This document shows positions 9,352 to 19,883 of a stretch of DNA of 64,000 nucleotides, one piece after another. Made by a program: the position numbers and the translations under genes. How positions within the stretch are numbered: position 1 is the first letter of the stretch; each line of letters opens with the position of its first letter. This DNA comes from Oscillospiraceae bacterium (GTDB lineage Bacteria; Bacillota; Clostridia; Oscillospirales; Acutalibacteraceae), in assembly GCA_015066625.1 (NCBI GenBank), contig SVOC01000012.1, forward strand, positions 3,123 through 67,122, read 5' to 3'. The notes beneath the pieces were generated by a model. It saw only the letters and a list, made by a program, of their open reading frames with translations, was not told the DNA's origin and did no database searches.

Positions 9352-10464
9352 TCAGATTACGATTCCCTTTCCGATATATACGGGATAATTTTCTGCACCG
9401 CAAAGCATTTTGCCGGGCTTGACCACGGCGGATTTATCAATAATCACGCACTGCAGAGTTGAGTTTTCACCAACAAAACCATTCTGCATAACGATTGAAT
9501 TCTTGATTTTTGCACCCTTCTCAACCGTTACTCCTCGGAAGAGGATTGAATTTTCAACCTCACCCTGAATGTTACAGCCGTCTGCAATAAGTGAATTCTT
9601 CACATTTGCACCGATGCCGTAAACAGAGGGAACTCTGTCGCTTGTCTTGGTGTAAACGGGTCTTTCGGGAGTAAACAGAGCCTTTCTGAAATCGGCTTTG
9701 AGAAGCTCCATGCTGATATCGTAGTAAGCCTGAAGAGAGCTGAGCACTCTTACGAAGCCTGTTTCTTCATAGCCGTAAATTCTCAGATGCTTCACATTCT
9801 TTGAAATAATGGTTTCAAAATCATCAATCTGCGCGCTGTGTGCCTCGTGAAGAAGTCTTTCAAGCAGAGTTCTTCTGATAACCATTATTTTGAGAGAATA
9901 ATTAACGTTTCCGCTGAAGCAGTCGATAACACCTGTTTCAACAACCTTGCCGTTTTCGTCAAGAATAAGCTCCGTGCCGTTTTCGATTGCGGGAGGATTG
10001 CCCTTTGCGTATGCAATGGTAACATCCGCATCCTTTGAAATATGAGCCTTGATAAGCTTTTCATAATCCATATTGCAAACAACATTGCAATCGGTGAGCA
10101 GAACGTGATCCTTGCCTGACTTTGTTATGTAGCTGATCGAACCGTAGAGGGCATCCGCCTTGCCGTGGTTCAGACCTGTTGAAGGTGTATCGAAGGGAGG
10201 AAGAAGGGTCATACCGTCTCTTTTTCTTGAAAGGTCCCAGGGCTTGCCTGTGCCGATATGATCCATAAGTGAACGGTAGTTGCTCTTTGTGATAACGCCT
10301 ACCTGAGGAATACCTGCGTTGACCATATTTGAAAGAGGGAAGTCAATAAGACGGTAGCGTGCGGCAAAGGGTATTGAACCCATTGTTCTCAGAGCCGTAA
10401 GCTCGGGAAGAACTTCATCATAGGCATTTGAAAAGATAATGCCGAGAACATTTTTGGTTGACAT
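9352..10464 (-). CDS. glgD: Glucose-1-phosphate adenylyltransferase, GlgD subunit
   Basis: Nucleotidyl-transferase plus left-handed beta-helix architecture. It lacks the GGxGxRL loop of GlgC (has GIIFSNAYDE). Its start overlaps the glgC stop by 1 nt. Confidence 0.9.
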   Translation of the reverse strand: MSTKNVLGIIFSNAYDEVLPELTALRTMGSIPFAARYRLIDFPLSNMVNAGIPQVGVITKSNYRSLMDHIGTGKPWDLSRKRDGMTLLPPFDTPSTGLNHGKADALYGSISYITKSGKDHVLLTDCNVVCNMDYEKLIKAHISKDADVTIAYAKGNPPAIENGTELILDENGKVVETGVIDCFSGNVNYSLKIMVIRRTLLERLLHEAHSAQIDDFETIISKNVKHLRIYGYEETGFVRVLSSLQAYYDISMELLKADFRKALFTPERPVYTKTSDRVPSVYGIGANVKNSLIADGCNIQGEVENSILFRGVTVEKGAKIKNSIVMQNGFVGENSTLQCVIIDKSAVVKPGKMLCGAENYPVYIGKGIVI

Positions 10465-11678
10465 TATTCCGCACCTCCTACATCGCTGTCTGTCATAGTA
10501 TCGGGAGCAATCTTTGCGCCCTTGCCGATTGTGACACCGTTACCGATAACGGCTACACCCCAATCCTTGATATCTGCCATATTTTCAGGGCTTTCGCCTA
10601 CAACCGCGCCCTCTTCGATAACCGCATTTTCAGCAACTATCGAATACTGAACAACGGCACCCTTTTTGATGACCGTGCCGGGCATAACGATTGAATATTT
10701 GACCTCTGCGCCTTCTTCAACGGTTACGTTTGCAAAAAGAACGGAGAAATCGATTGAGCCTTCAATTTCACAGCCCTCGGTTACCATTGAATTTTCAACC
10801 TTTGCGTTTGCGCCTACATAATGGGGAGGTGCAACGGGTGTGCGTGAATAAATCTTCCAGCCGTCATCGTTAAGGTCAAGGTCAACCTTGGGGTTAAGCA
10901 GGTCAAGGTTTGCATCCCAGAGGCTGCTGATTGTTCCTACATCCTTCCAGTAGCCGTCAAACTGATAGGCAAACATTCTCTCACCTGCGTTGTGCATTGC
11001 AGGGATAACATCGTGACCGAAGTCGTTGCCGCTGCCTTCCTTTGCCTCATCTTCAATGAGGTATTTTCTCAGCTTCTTCCAGTTAAATATGTAAACACCC
11101 ATTGAAGCCTTGTTGCTTCTGGGGTTCTTGGGCTTTTCTTCAAACTCGCTGATTGAGCCGTCGTCATTGACAATCATAAGACCGAAGCGGCTTGCCTCTT
11201 CCCAGGGAACTTCAAGCATTGCGATGGTGCAATCTGCATTCTTCTCCTTGTGGAAATCAAGCATCTTTGAATAATCCATCTTGTAAATATGGTCGCCTGA
11301 AAGAATGAGAACATATTCGGGGTCATATCTTTCGATGAAGTTGATGTTCTGGTAAATTGCGTTTGCGGTGCCTTTATACCATTCAGTGCCCTTAATCTGC
11401 TGATAAGGTGAAAGAATGTGAACGCCGCCGTTGGCACGGTCAAGATCCCAGGGCTGACCGTTGCCGATATAGTCGTTCAGTTCAAGAGGCTGATACTGGG
11501 TAAGCACACCTACCGTATAAATGCCTGAATTGACACAGTTTGAAAGAGGGAAATCGATAATGCGGTATTTGCCGCCGTAGGGTACGGCAGGCTTTGCAAT
11601 GTTTTTGGTCAGAATGCCCAGACGGCTTCCCTGACCGCCTGCAAGAAGCATTGCAATACATTCGGGTTTTACTGCCAT
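10464..11678 (-). CDS. glgC: Glucose-1-phosphate adenylyltransferase
   Basis: LAGGQGSRL motif, [13 protein letters not shown], and C-terminal hexapeptide repeats. GGAGGA RBS. Confidence 0.95.
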   Translation of the reverse strand: MAVKPECIAMLLAGGQGSRLGILTKNIAKPAVPYGGKYRIIDFPLSNCVNSGIYTVGVLTQYQPLELNDYIGNGQPWDLDRANGGVHILSPYQQIKGTEWYKGTANAIYQNINFIERYDPEYVLILSGDHIYKMDYSKMLDFHKEKNADCTIAMLEVPWEEASRFGLMIVNDDGSISEFEEKPKNPRSNKASMGVYIFNWKKLRKYLIEDEAKEGSGNDFGHDVIPAMHNAGERMFAYQFDGYWKDVGTISSLWDANLDLLNPKVDLDLNDDGWKIYSRTPVAPPHYVGANAKVENSMVTEGCEIEGSIDFSVLFANVTVEEGAEVKYSIVMPGTVIKKGAVVQYSIVAENAVIEEGAVVGESPENMADIKDWGVAVIGNGVTIGKGAKIAPDTMTDSDVGGAE

Positions 11679-11829
11679 GAAAGGGTCCTCCTTTTAATTT
11701 AGTCGGGTTGTTACACCCTGAAAATTTGATAAATTCTGTTTGTCACTTTTCTGTGACATCGGGAAATCGTTCAGCGGTTATTGAGAAAGGATGACAGATG
11801 CCGTTTTTCTCACCCGATGGCGTATCGGG

Positions 11830-11877
11830 TATACGTTGAGGGTGAAAAAACGGCAAGTAAACGCAGCCTGCGTTTAC
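11830..11877 (-). terminator. Possible attenuating terminator after glgB
   Basis: On the minus strand, hairpin GTAAACGCAG-gc-CTGCGTTTAC overlaps the glgB stop and is followed by TTGCCGTTTTTT. Confidence 0.45.
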
Positions 11878-13787
11878 GCTCTGTCGCCTTTATCGGCAAC
11901 CGATAACGATTTTTTTCTTGACGTGTTTTTTATAAACATACAGCTGAGACCTTCGATATCGAATTCTATGCTGTAATCATATCCGTGCATGGGTTCTTTT
12001 TTTGCTTTCACCGAACCGACGGTGCTTTCTCCCCTGCCGCCGAACTCGGGCAGTGCGGAGCTGAATACAACTCTGTAAGTGCCTCCCTTGGGCACGCCTA
12101 TGCGGTAGCTCTGCCTTGTGACATTGGTGAAATTGCAGACGGCAATTATTTCGTTACCGGATTTATCCCGTCTGATATACGAAATAACGGAATTTGCACT
12201 GTCATCACCCGATATCCACTTAAAGCTTTCGGGGTCGCAATCTCCTTCCCACAAAGGAGCAGATTTAAGATAAAACGAATTGAGTGCCGCAAAATAATGT
12301 TTGAGCTGACTGTGTTTATCGTAGTCAAGCAGATGCCAGTCAAGAGACTGCTTGAAATTCCATTCGCTGAACTGGCCCATTTCGCTGCCCATAAAAATCA
12401 GCTTTTTGCCGGGGTGTGACATCATGTAGCCCATAAAGGAACGTACCCCCGCAAACTTCTCGTCATATGAACCGGGCATCTTATTGATAAGCGAGCCCTT
12501 GCCGTGAACAACCTCATCGTGAGAAATGGGCAAAACATAATTTTCCGTGAATGCGTAGGAATAGGTATAAGTGAGTTTATCGTGATGAAATTTACGGTAT
12601 ATTCCGTCAAGGTTGAAATATCTGATGCAGTCATTCATCCAGCCCATATTCCACTTGAAGTTGAAGCCCAGACCTCCCATATAGGTAGGCTTTGAAACCA
12701 TTGGCCAGATTGTGCTTTCTTCCGCAATCATAAGCACATCGCCGTGCTCTCTGAAAATGCTTTCGTTAAGCTTTTTGAGGAAGGCAACCGCTTCAAGATT
12801 TTCTTTGCCGCCGTGAATATTGGGTATCCACTGACCGTCATCACGGCAATAATCCAGATAAAGCATTGAGGCAACCGCATCAACACGAAGGCCGTCAATG
12901 TGGTATTTGTCAATCCAGAACATTGCACTTGAAACAAGGAAGCTCTGCACTTCGTTTCTGCCGTAATCAAAAACTCTTGTTCCCCATTCGTAATGCTCGC
13001 CCTTGCGAGGGTCTGCATATTCGTAAAGAGGTCCGCCGTCAAACTCGTAAAGACCAAAAGCATCCTTGGGGAAGTGGGCAGGCACCCAGTCAAGAATAAC
13101 ACCTATGCCTGCGGCGTGAGCCTTGTCTACAAAATAAGCAAAATCCTCGGGAGTGCCGTAGCGTGAAGTGGGTGCGAAATAACCTGTCACCTGGTATCCC
13201 CACGAACCGTCAAAGGGATGCTCCGTAATGGGAAGCAACTCAATATGGGTATAGCCCATCTCTTTGACATAAGGCACAAGCTCTTCTGCAAGACCTTTGT
13301 AGGTCAACGTATAACCGTTGCCGTCTGCCCGCCACGAGCCTGCGTGAACTTCATATATATTGACGGGCGAAGCGTAAATATCCTTCGCCTTTCTCTTTTT
13401 CAGCCAGTTTTTATCCGTCCATTCAAAATCGGGCAAGCCGTAGAATTTGGAGGCGGTATCGGGTCTTGTTTCGGTATGAAAAGCATAAGGGTCGCTCTTA
13501 TAAATCAGCCTGCCGTCACGGGTTTTTATCTGAAACTTATACGAATCATAAACCTTCACGCCGTCAACCGTGCATTCCCATACACCCACACTTATTTTCT
13601 CCATAGGTGCGTTGTGGGGCTGCCAGCCGTTGAAATCGCCGCCGACACCTACCCATTCAGCATTGGGTGCCCATACTCTGAAAGTAACCGAGCCGTCCCC
13701 GTTGCCGTGAGCACCGAGAAATTCATATGCCTTTGCGTTTGTACCCTGATGAAAAAGGTAAAGAGGAACATTATTTTTATCCTGCAT
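11874..13787 (-). CDS. glgB: 1,4-alpha-glucan branching enzyme (GH13)
   Basis: GH13 branching-enzyme motifs (DWVPAHF, GLRVDAVASM, AEESTIWP, LPISHDEVVHGK). Start set at ATG 13787 (MQDKNN), which has a GGAGG RBS. Confidence 0.95.
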   Translation of the reverse strand: MQDKNNVPLYLFHQGTNAKAYEFLGAHGNGDGSVTFRVWAPNAEWVGVGGDFNGWQPHNAPMEKISVGVWECTVDGVKVYDSYKFQIKTRDGRLIYKSDPYAFHTETRPDTASKFYGLPDFEWTDKNWLKKRKAKDIYASPVNIYEVHAGSWRADGNGYTLTYKGLAEELVPYVKEMGYTHIELLPITEHPFDGSWGYQVTGYFAPTSRYGTPEDFAYFVDKAHAAGIGVILDWVPAHFPKDAFGLYEFDGGPLYEYADPRKGEHYEWGTRVFDYGRNEVQSFLVSSAMFWIDKYHIDGLRVDAVASMLYLDYCRDDGQWIPNIHGGKENLEAVAFLKKLNESIFREHGDVLMIAEESTIWPMVSKPTYMGGLGFNFKWNMGWMNDCIRYFNLDGIYRKFHHDKLTYTYSYAFTENYVLPISHDEVVHGKGSLINKMPGSYDEKFAGVRSFMGYMMSHPGKKLIFMGSEMGQFSEWNFKQSLDWHLLDYDKHSQLKHYFAALNSFYLKSAPLWEGDCDPESFKWISGDDSANSVISYIRRDKSGNEIIAVCNFTNVTRQSYRIGVPKGGTYRVVFSSALPEFGGRGESTVGSVKAKKEPMHGYDYSIEFDIEGLSCMFIKNTSRKKSLSVADKGDRA

Positions 13788-13931
13788 ATGCCGAACTCCT
13801 CCATTTTTATATAAACTTATTATAGCAAGTCCTTTTTTTATTTTCAAGTGCATATCAAGAATAATAGTGCCAAAATTTCATACAAAATATACAACAGATT
13901 GCCCATAAAGGTTACAATTCTGTCACTTTCG

Positions 13932-13960
13932 TTGACAAATCTGTATTTCTTTGCTATCAT
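13932..13960 (+). promoter_or_regulatory. Sigma-A-type promoter
   Basis: TTGACA-N17-TATCAT, about 35 nt upstream of the 13996 start codon. Confidence 0.6.
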
Positions 13961-13995
13961 TACTTAGGTTATTTTCAAAAAAGGAGCGTTCTGCA

Positions 13996-15726
13996 ATGAT
14001 TAGTTCAGACAATCTCTGTATGAGTTGTATGAAGGAAATTGGCGAGAAAAAGCAGTGTCCCTATTGCGGATACCATGTTGATTCCGCCCAGATTCCTCCC
14101 TATCTGCCCGTAAGAACGGTTATTTCAAACCGCTACCTCGTGGGCAAAATGCTCGAATACAACGGTGAAGGCGCTACATACATCGGTTGGGACCTCACCG
14201 AGCGCAAAGCCGTTAAAATCAGGGAGTTCATCCCTGATTCCTTCACCACAAGAACAACCTCAAATCTTACCCTGCAGGTTATGAGAGGCAGTGAGAATGT
14301 ATTTCTTGAACTGCGTCAGAGCTTTGTTGAGCTCTGGACAAAGCTTGCAAGGCTCAAGGGTCTTTCGGCTCTCATAAGCGTTACGGATGTTGTGAACGAT
14401 TACGGCACATCCTATGCAATCTATGACCACTTTGAGGGTATTTCGCTGCGTGATTTCCTTCTGCGCAGCAAGACGGGCTATGTTTCGTGGGAAAAAGCAA
14501 GAACTCTGCTTATGCCCATTCTTTCAACTCTGGGCACACTTCATTCCTCGGGCATTATCCACAGAGGAATATCTCCCTCAACTCTCATTATCGGCCCCGA
14601 CGGAAAAATAAAAATCACAGGCTTCTGCACAGGTGCCGCAAGAAATTCAAGAAGCGACCTCAACAGCCAGCTTTATGACGGCTATGCCGCCATTGAACAG
14701 TACGGCTTCGACGGCGGTCAGGGCACATGGACGGATATCTATGCTTTTGCCGCCGTGCTTTACCGCACACTTATCGGCAGCGACCCGATTTCGGCAAAAG
14801 AGAGAATGAGCAACGACAAGCTTATGGTGCCCGGCAAATTTGCGGAGGCACTGCCCGCTTATGTCATAAACGGTCTTATCAATGCATTGCAGATTCTTCC
14901 CGAAGACAGAACAAGAACCGTTGAACAGCTCCGTGCCGAGCTTTCGGCTTCACCTGCGGCGGCTTCCGCATCCGGCGGATATCAGAAGCCCGTGCCCCCT
15001 GCCGCACCCTCGGGCAATGCAAAACCTCAGGCAAAGCCCGCACGCACCTCCGAGCCCAAGGGTGAAGGTGCGGAATCACCCAAAAACGATAACGGCGACG
15101 GCAAAAAGACAATAATTCTTACTGCGGCAATCAGCCTTGCGGTGGGAATGATTATATTTGCGATTCTTATTTTCGGACCTCTGCGTGAACACGTAACCTT
15201 CCTCGGGAACGGCAACACCGACAGCACAATCACCACCACCGAGGGTGAGCTTGTAGAGGTGCCCGGTTTCACGGACAGACTTTTCCTTGACATTTCATCG
15301 AACCCCGTTTTCACAAAGAACTTTGTTTTTGTTGACGAGTATGTTTACGACAGCGAGGTTGATGTGGGATACATCGTTAACCAGAGCATAAAGGCAGGCG
15401 AAATGGTGCCTGCAGGCACAAAAATCACCCTTTATGTAAGCAAGGGCGAAGAGGAAATTATTCTTCCCGATGTTAAGGGCTCCGATTACGAGGAGGCAAA
15501 GCTCCGTCTTGAAGAGCTTGGATTTGTATGCAAAATCAGCGAAAGAAACGACAGTTCATACAGACCCAACGAAGTAATTTCAATGTCGCCCGTTGCTGAA
15601 AAAGCATACGCCAAGGGTTCAACCGTTTTCCTTATTGTCAACATTGTTGAGCCCGAAACCGTTACGGACGAATACGGCAACATCATCGAAACCGAAGAAG
15701 AATCGTCCGAAGAAGAAATTTATTGA
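13996..15726 (+). CDS. Zinc-ribbon / Hanks-type kinase-like (predicted pseudokinase) / TM / 2x PASTA protein
   Basis: CMSC...CPYC zinc ribbon. Kinase fold retained (AVKIREF, WTDIYAFAAVLY), but the catalytic loop reads HRGISPST and the DFG position reads TGF. One TM helix and two PASTA-like C-terminal repeats. AAGGAG RBS. Confidence 0.8.
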   Translation: MISSDNLCMSCMKEIGEKKQCPYCGYHVDSAQIPPYLPVRTVISNRYLVGKMLEYNGEGATYIGWDLTERKAVKIREFIPDSFTTRTTSNLTLQVMRGSENVFLELRQSFVELWTKLARLKGLSALISVTDVVNDYGTSYAIYDHFEGISLRDFLLRSKTGYVSWEKARTLLMPILSTLGTLHSSGIIHRGISPSTLIIGPDGKIKITGFCTGAARNSRSDLNSQLYDGYAAIEQYGFDGGQGTWTDIYAFAAVLYRTLIGSDPISAKERMSNDKLMVPGKFAEALPAYVINGLINALQILPEDRTRTVEQLRAELSASPAAASASGGYQKPVPPAAPSGNAKPQAKPARTSEPKGEGAESPKNDNGDGKKTIILTAAISLAVGMIIFAILIFGPLREHVTFLGNGNTDSTITTTEGELVEVPGFTDRLFLDISSNPVFTKNFVFVDEYVYDSEVDVGYIVNQSIKAGEMVPAGTKITLYVSKGEEEIILPDVKGSDYEEAKLRLEELGFVCKISERNDSSYRPNEVISMSPVAEKAYAKGSTVFLIVNIVEPETVTDEYGNIIETEEESSEEEIY

Positions 15727-15767
15727 TTTGACGGGCGGCCTTACGGGGTCGCCCCGTGTTTTTGAAT

Positions 15768-16829
15768 ATGAAACTTACCTTTCCCGACTACTGCAAAAAA
15801 TTCACCTGCATTGCGGATAAATGCACCGACACCTGCTGCAACGGCTGGGATGTTGTGATTGACGGCGAAAGCCTTGAATACTACCGAAATCTCAGCACAG
15901 ATTACGGCAAAAAAATCCGCAGTCTGATTACCGTTGACGAGGACGGCGACAGCATTTTCGTTTCGGAAAAGGGCAGATGCCCCTTCCTGCTCGATAACGG
16001 TCTGTGCGATATGTATATCAATCTGGGTCACAGCTGTCTTTCACGGACCTGCCGCATTTTCCCCAGATTCACTAACTCCTTCGGTTTCAGGGCCGAAAAA
16101 GGTCTTTTCCTTTCCTGCCCCGAGGCGGCAAGGCTGATTTTTGAAAGCAGGGAGCCCGTTACATTCATAACAGAAGACGCCCAAGACGATATGGTGCCCG
16201 CAGATTTCGATAACGAGCTGTATTTTACACTGCTTGATGTCCGAAAAACGGCGATAAATATACTTCAGAACAGAAAATTTTCCGCAGCAGAAAGACTTTG
16301 TGCATTTCTTCGGCATTCGGAGCTTGTGCAGGAATTCATCAACCTTTTTGAATATGAAGGTGCAGAAAACATCTGCGCCGATATATTTTTTGAGAAAAAA
16401 ACTGAATATTCTTCTGCCCGTGCAAAGCGTGCGCTTAAAGGGATTTTTAAATTTTTCGGGTCGATGGAATTCATAAACAGCGATTATCCGTCCGTTCTTT
16501 CAGCCGCCGAAGCTGCCCATATGCAAGGCTTTACGGCTGACGATATATTAATTGAGCATCTGGCGGTATATTTTGTTCACCGCTATTTTATCACCGCCGC
16601 CTACGACGGCAGATTACTTGAAAAAGCAATTTTCGCCGTTGTGTGCACAATCGTGATTATGAGAATTTCAGCTCTCGGCAACGGTGATTTTCAGACGGCG
16701 GCACAGAAATTTTCAAAAGAGATTGAGCACTCCGCACTGAATATGGAAATTCTGGTGAAAGCAATCGGAAAAAGCCGCTGTTTCAGCACCGAAAATATCA
16801 TAAATATCCTTTCCGAAAAGGAGAAATAA
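15768..16829 (+). CDS. Cys-cluster protein of the YkgJ/FliB (flagellin lysine-N-methylase-like) family
   Basis: CIADKCTDTCCNGW and GRCPFLLDNGLCDMY cysteine motifs. The start is uncertain (GTG 15756 or ATG 15768) and there is no clear RBS. Confidence 0.6.
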   Translation: MKLTFPDYCKKFTCIADKCTDTCCNGWDVVIDGESLEYYRNLSTDYGKKIRSLITVDEDGDSIFVSEKGRCPFLLDNGLCDMYINLGHSCLSRTCRIFPRFTNSFGFRAEKGLFLSCPEAARLIFESREPVTFITEDAQDDMVPADFDNELYFTLLDVRKTAINILQNRKFSAAERLCAFLRHSELVQEFINLFEYEGAENICADIFFEKKTEYSSARAKRALKGIFKFFGSMEFINSDYPSVLSAAEAAHMQGFTADDILIEHLAVYFVHRYFITAAYDGRLLEKAIFAVVCTIVIMRISALGNGDFQTAAQKFSKEIEHSALNMEILVKAIGKSRCFSTENIINILSEKEK

Positions 16830-16832
16830 ATA

Positions 16833-18881
16833 ATGAAATACTGTAATTATGTCAACACAAAGCAGGGCAGCAAATCCGTTCACCGTTACTCAAACGGCAA
16901 CACTCTGCCCCTTGTTCAGCTCCCCTTCGGTATGACCGCATTTGCACCTCAGACCGTTGAAGGCAACATCAGATGGTATTACCATCCCGACAGCCGCAGC
17001 TTTGAGGGCTTAAGGCTTACCCATCAGCCCTCCCCCTGGATTGCGGATTACGGCTCAATGATATTTATGCCTCAGAATAAACTGCTTGGCGGCTTTGACG
17101 GCGAGGACCGCTGGTCGGGCTTCCGCCCCGAGGATGCGGTGCTGACTCCCTATTACCTTAAATACCGCCTTCTGCGTTCAAAGTGCGACCTTGAAGTTAC
17201 TCCCACAGAGAGATGTGCTGTAATAAAAGTTTCCTTCGACGAAGACGGCGACAATTATTTTTCCGTGCTTCCCGTCAAAGGAATGTGCAGCTACCGTTTC
17301 GATAAAAAAACAAACACACTCTATGCATCAACGGATATGCATATGAGCGGTGAAGCGGTAAAATTCAAAAACTATGTTGTGCTTAAATTCCCCGAGGGCA
17401 GTGTCAATGCGGAAAAGACACTTATCAGCAACGACGATAAATTCAGAAACGGCACAAAATGCAGAGGCAAAAAAGCGGGTATACATATTTACCTTAACGA
17501 AAAAGTTACCGAAATCAAGCTTGCCTCATCATACATAAGCTTCGGTCAGGCAATTCTGAATCTTGAAGCAGAGCTTTCGGGCAAAAGCTTCAAGGATGTA
17601 AAAACCTTTGCAGAGGATATTTGGGAAAGCTGCCTTTCGAGAGTCAGAATCGAAACCAAGGATAAGAAGCTTCTCAAAACCTTCTATTCCTGTATGTACC
17701 GTGCATTCCTCTACCCCCACAAGTGCCACGAATACGATAAAAACGGCAACGCAATTCACTATTGCCCCCACGACGGCTCAATTAAAAACGGCGTAAGATA
17801 TACGGATAACGGCTTCTGGGATACTTACCGCACGGTTTACCCCTTCTTTGCCCTTGTTGCAAAGGATGAGCTCCGCGAAATGCTCGTTGCCTTTATCAAC
17901 GAATATAAAGAAAGCGGCTGGCTTCCCAGATGGCTTTCAATCGGCGAATGCGGCTGTATGCCCAGCACCCTTATTGATGCGGTTATCTGCGACGGTGCGG
18001 TAAAGGGCTTCATCGATAACGACCTGCTTGAGGTTGCTCTTGAAGGTATGATAAAGCATTCCGTGACAAATGCGCCTGCACGCCGCTTCGGCAGAAACGG
18101 TGCCGAGGAATACTGCAAGTTGGGTTACGTTTCATACGAAACCGAAAAAGAAAGCGTAAACCTTACCCTTGATGCCGCATACGGCGACTGGTGTATTGCG
18201 GAAATCGCAAAAATTCTGGGCAAAAGCGATATTGAAAAAGAATACAGAAAGCGCGCCCTCAACTACAAAAAACTTTTCGACCCCGAAAGCGGCTTTATGC
18301 GTGCCAAGGATAAGAAAGGCAATTTCAGACCCGGCTTCGTGCCCGAAGGCTGGGGCAGGGATTATACCGAAGGCAGTGCCTGGCAGAATTCATTTGCAGT
18401 GCCTCACGATATCGAGGGCCTTGCAGAGCTTTACGGAGGCAAGGATAAGCTGATTGCAAAAATCGATGAGCTTTTCGCAACTCCTCCCCACTACGATATC
18501 ATCGGCTACGGCTGTGAAATTCACGAAATAACAGAAATGGCTGCAGTTGATTTCGGTCAGTGCGGCATGAACAACCAGCCCTCTTTCCACATTCCCTATA
18601 TTTACTCCGCACTGGGCGAGGTTGAAAAATCCGCATATTGGGTAAAAGAAATCTGCGACAAGCTTTTCTCATACGAAGATGACGGCTTCCCCGGTGACGA
18701 AGACAACGGCACAACCGCAATCTGGTATATTTTCGGCATTCTCGGTCTTTACCCCTTCTGCCCCGGAAAACCAGAATATGTGAAGGGCATAAAGCAGGTT
18801 GACAAAGCATTCATCGGCGATAAAGAGCTTGATGTGAATAAATTCGACGGCAATAAAATTCAGTATAAAGACCTTATTTAA
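16833..18881 (+). CDS. GH92 family alpha-mannosidase-like glycoside hydrolase
   Basis: YVNTKQGS...NGNTLPLVQLPFGM N-terminus, then WDTYRTVYPF, YGDWCIAEIA and YTEGSAWQNSFAVPHD. No signal peptide seen. Confidence 0.85.
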   Translation: MKYCNYVNTKQGSKSVHRYSNGNTLPLVQLPFGMTAFAPQTVEGNIRWYYHPDSRSFEGLRLTHQPSPWIADYGSMIFMPQNKLLGGFDGEDRWSGFRPEDAVLTPYYLKYRLLRSKCDLEVTPTERCAVIKVSFDEDGDNYFSVLPVKGMCSYRFDKKTNTLYASTDMHMSGEAVKFKNYVVLKFPEGSVNAEKTLISNDDKFRNGTKCRGKKAGIHIYLNEKVTEIKLASSYISFGQAILNLEAELSGKSFKDVKTFAEDIWESCLSRVRIETKDKKLLKTFYSCMYRAFLYPHKCHEYDKNGNAIHYCPHDGSIKNGVRYTDNGFWDTYRTVYPFFALVAKDELREMLVAFINEYKESGWLPRWLSIGECGCMPSTLIDAVICDGAVKGFIDNDLLEVALEGMIKHSVTNAPARRFGRNGAEEYCKLGYVSYETEKESVNLTLDAAYGDWCIAEIAKILGKSDIEKEYRKRALNYKKLFDPESGFMRAKDKKGNFRPGFVPEGWGRDYTEGSAWQNSFAVPHDIEGLAELYGGKDKLIAKIDELFATPPHYDIIGYGCEIHEITEMAAVDFGQCGMNNQPSFHIPYIYSALGEVEKSAYWVKEICDKLFSYEDDGFPGDEDNGTTAIWYIFGILGLYPFCPGKPEYVKGIKQVDKAFIGDKELDVNKFDGNKIQYKDLI

Positions 18882-18898
18882 GGAAGGAGAAAACACAA

Positions 18899-19798
18899 AT
18901 GGACAGATATCTTATTATCAACGCAGACGATTTCGGTATGTGCAGAGGTGCAAACCTTGCGGTTATGGACCTTATGAAAGACCCGGGCAGTGCGCTTACC
19001 TCAACAACGGTTATGACCCCCTGTGCCTGGGCACCCGAGGCCTGCCAATTTGCGGCTCAGAATCCTGAGCTTGCAATCGGCGTGCACCTTACATTCACAA
19101 GCGAATGGTCAAAGTACCGCTGGGCACCCGTAAACTCAAAGAACACGGATTCACTCCGTGACGAAGAAGGCTTTATGTGGCACGAAAGCGACCAGGTTGA
19201 ACAGAACGTTGACATTGACGAGGTTGAAGGCGAAATCAGAGCACAGATTGAGCGCTGCAAGAAGCTGGGGCTTGTTACCCCCTCACATCTCGACAACCAT
19301 ATGGGCTCACTTTACGGTATTGAAACAGGCCGCTTCGAGCTTCTTCAGAAAACACTTGAGCTTGCAGGCGAATACGGTCTGCCCTTCCGTCTGCCCGGCC
19401 ACATCACAGACGAAATGATGGGCAACTCAATGCTTGAAATCAATGTTGACAAGAGCATGATTGAAATGGTGTTCGGCAAGATTGTTGAATTTGCAAACGC
19501 TATGGGTGTTGCAATCCCCGATTACCTTATCCCCAACGAATGGGGCGGTCCTCAGGACGAAAGCTACGAGAACTTCAGAGAATATCTCTATGACCTCTAT
19601 GCAAACTTCCCCGAAGGCATAACCGAAACCTACCTGCATCCGTCGCTTGAAACCGATGACCTTAAGGGCACATCAGGCTGCTGGAATCGCAGAGTATGGG
19701 AATACAAGGTTATGAAAGACCCTGCAACAAAGCAGCACATTGAGGCTCACGGCATCAAGCTTATCAACTACCGTGACCTTGCGGCGATGAAGAAATAA
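18899..19798 (+). CDS. ChbG/YdjC/HpnK family carbohydrate deacetylase
   Basis: LIINADDFGM N-terminal motif and HLDNHM motif. AGGAGAA RBS. Confidence 0.85.
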   Translation: MDRYLIINADDFGMCRGANLAVMDLMKDPGSALTSTTVMTPCAWAPEACQFAAQNPELAIGVHLTFTSEWSKYRWAPVNSKNTDSLRDEEGFMWHESDQVEQNVDIDEVEGEIRAQIERCKKLGLVTPSHLDNHMGSLYGIETGRFELLQKTLELAGEYGLPFRLPGHITDEMMGNSMLEINVDKSMIEMVFGKIVEFANAMGVAIPDYLIPNEWGGPQDESYENFREYLYDLYANFPEGITETYLHPSLETDDLKGTSGCWNRRVWEYKVMKDPATKQHIEAHGIKLINYRDLAAMKK

Positions 19799-19883
19799 AA
19801 TCAAATGGCTTGCACAGGTACAGTTGCCTATGCAAGCCATTCTTACTTATATTTGTTTCTCACTTATTGAGGCAGTCCTCACA

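Noticed and set aside
19799-19883. Looked for attL/attR direct repeats, an integrase or a tRNA target flanking the phage module (also checked 26638-26870).
   Set aside because: I saw no matching direct repeat by eye, no tRNA and no recombinase ORF. The hairpin at 19806-19843 looks like the terminator of the deacetylase gene.
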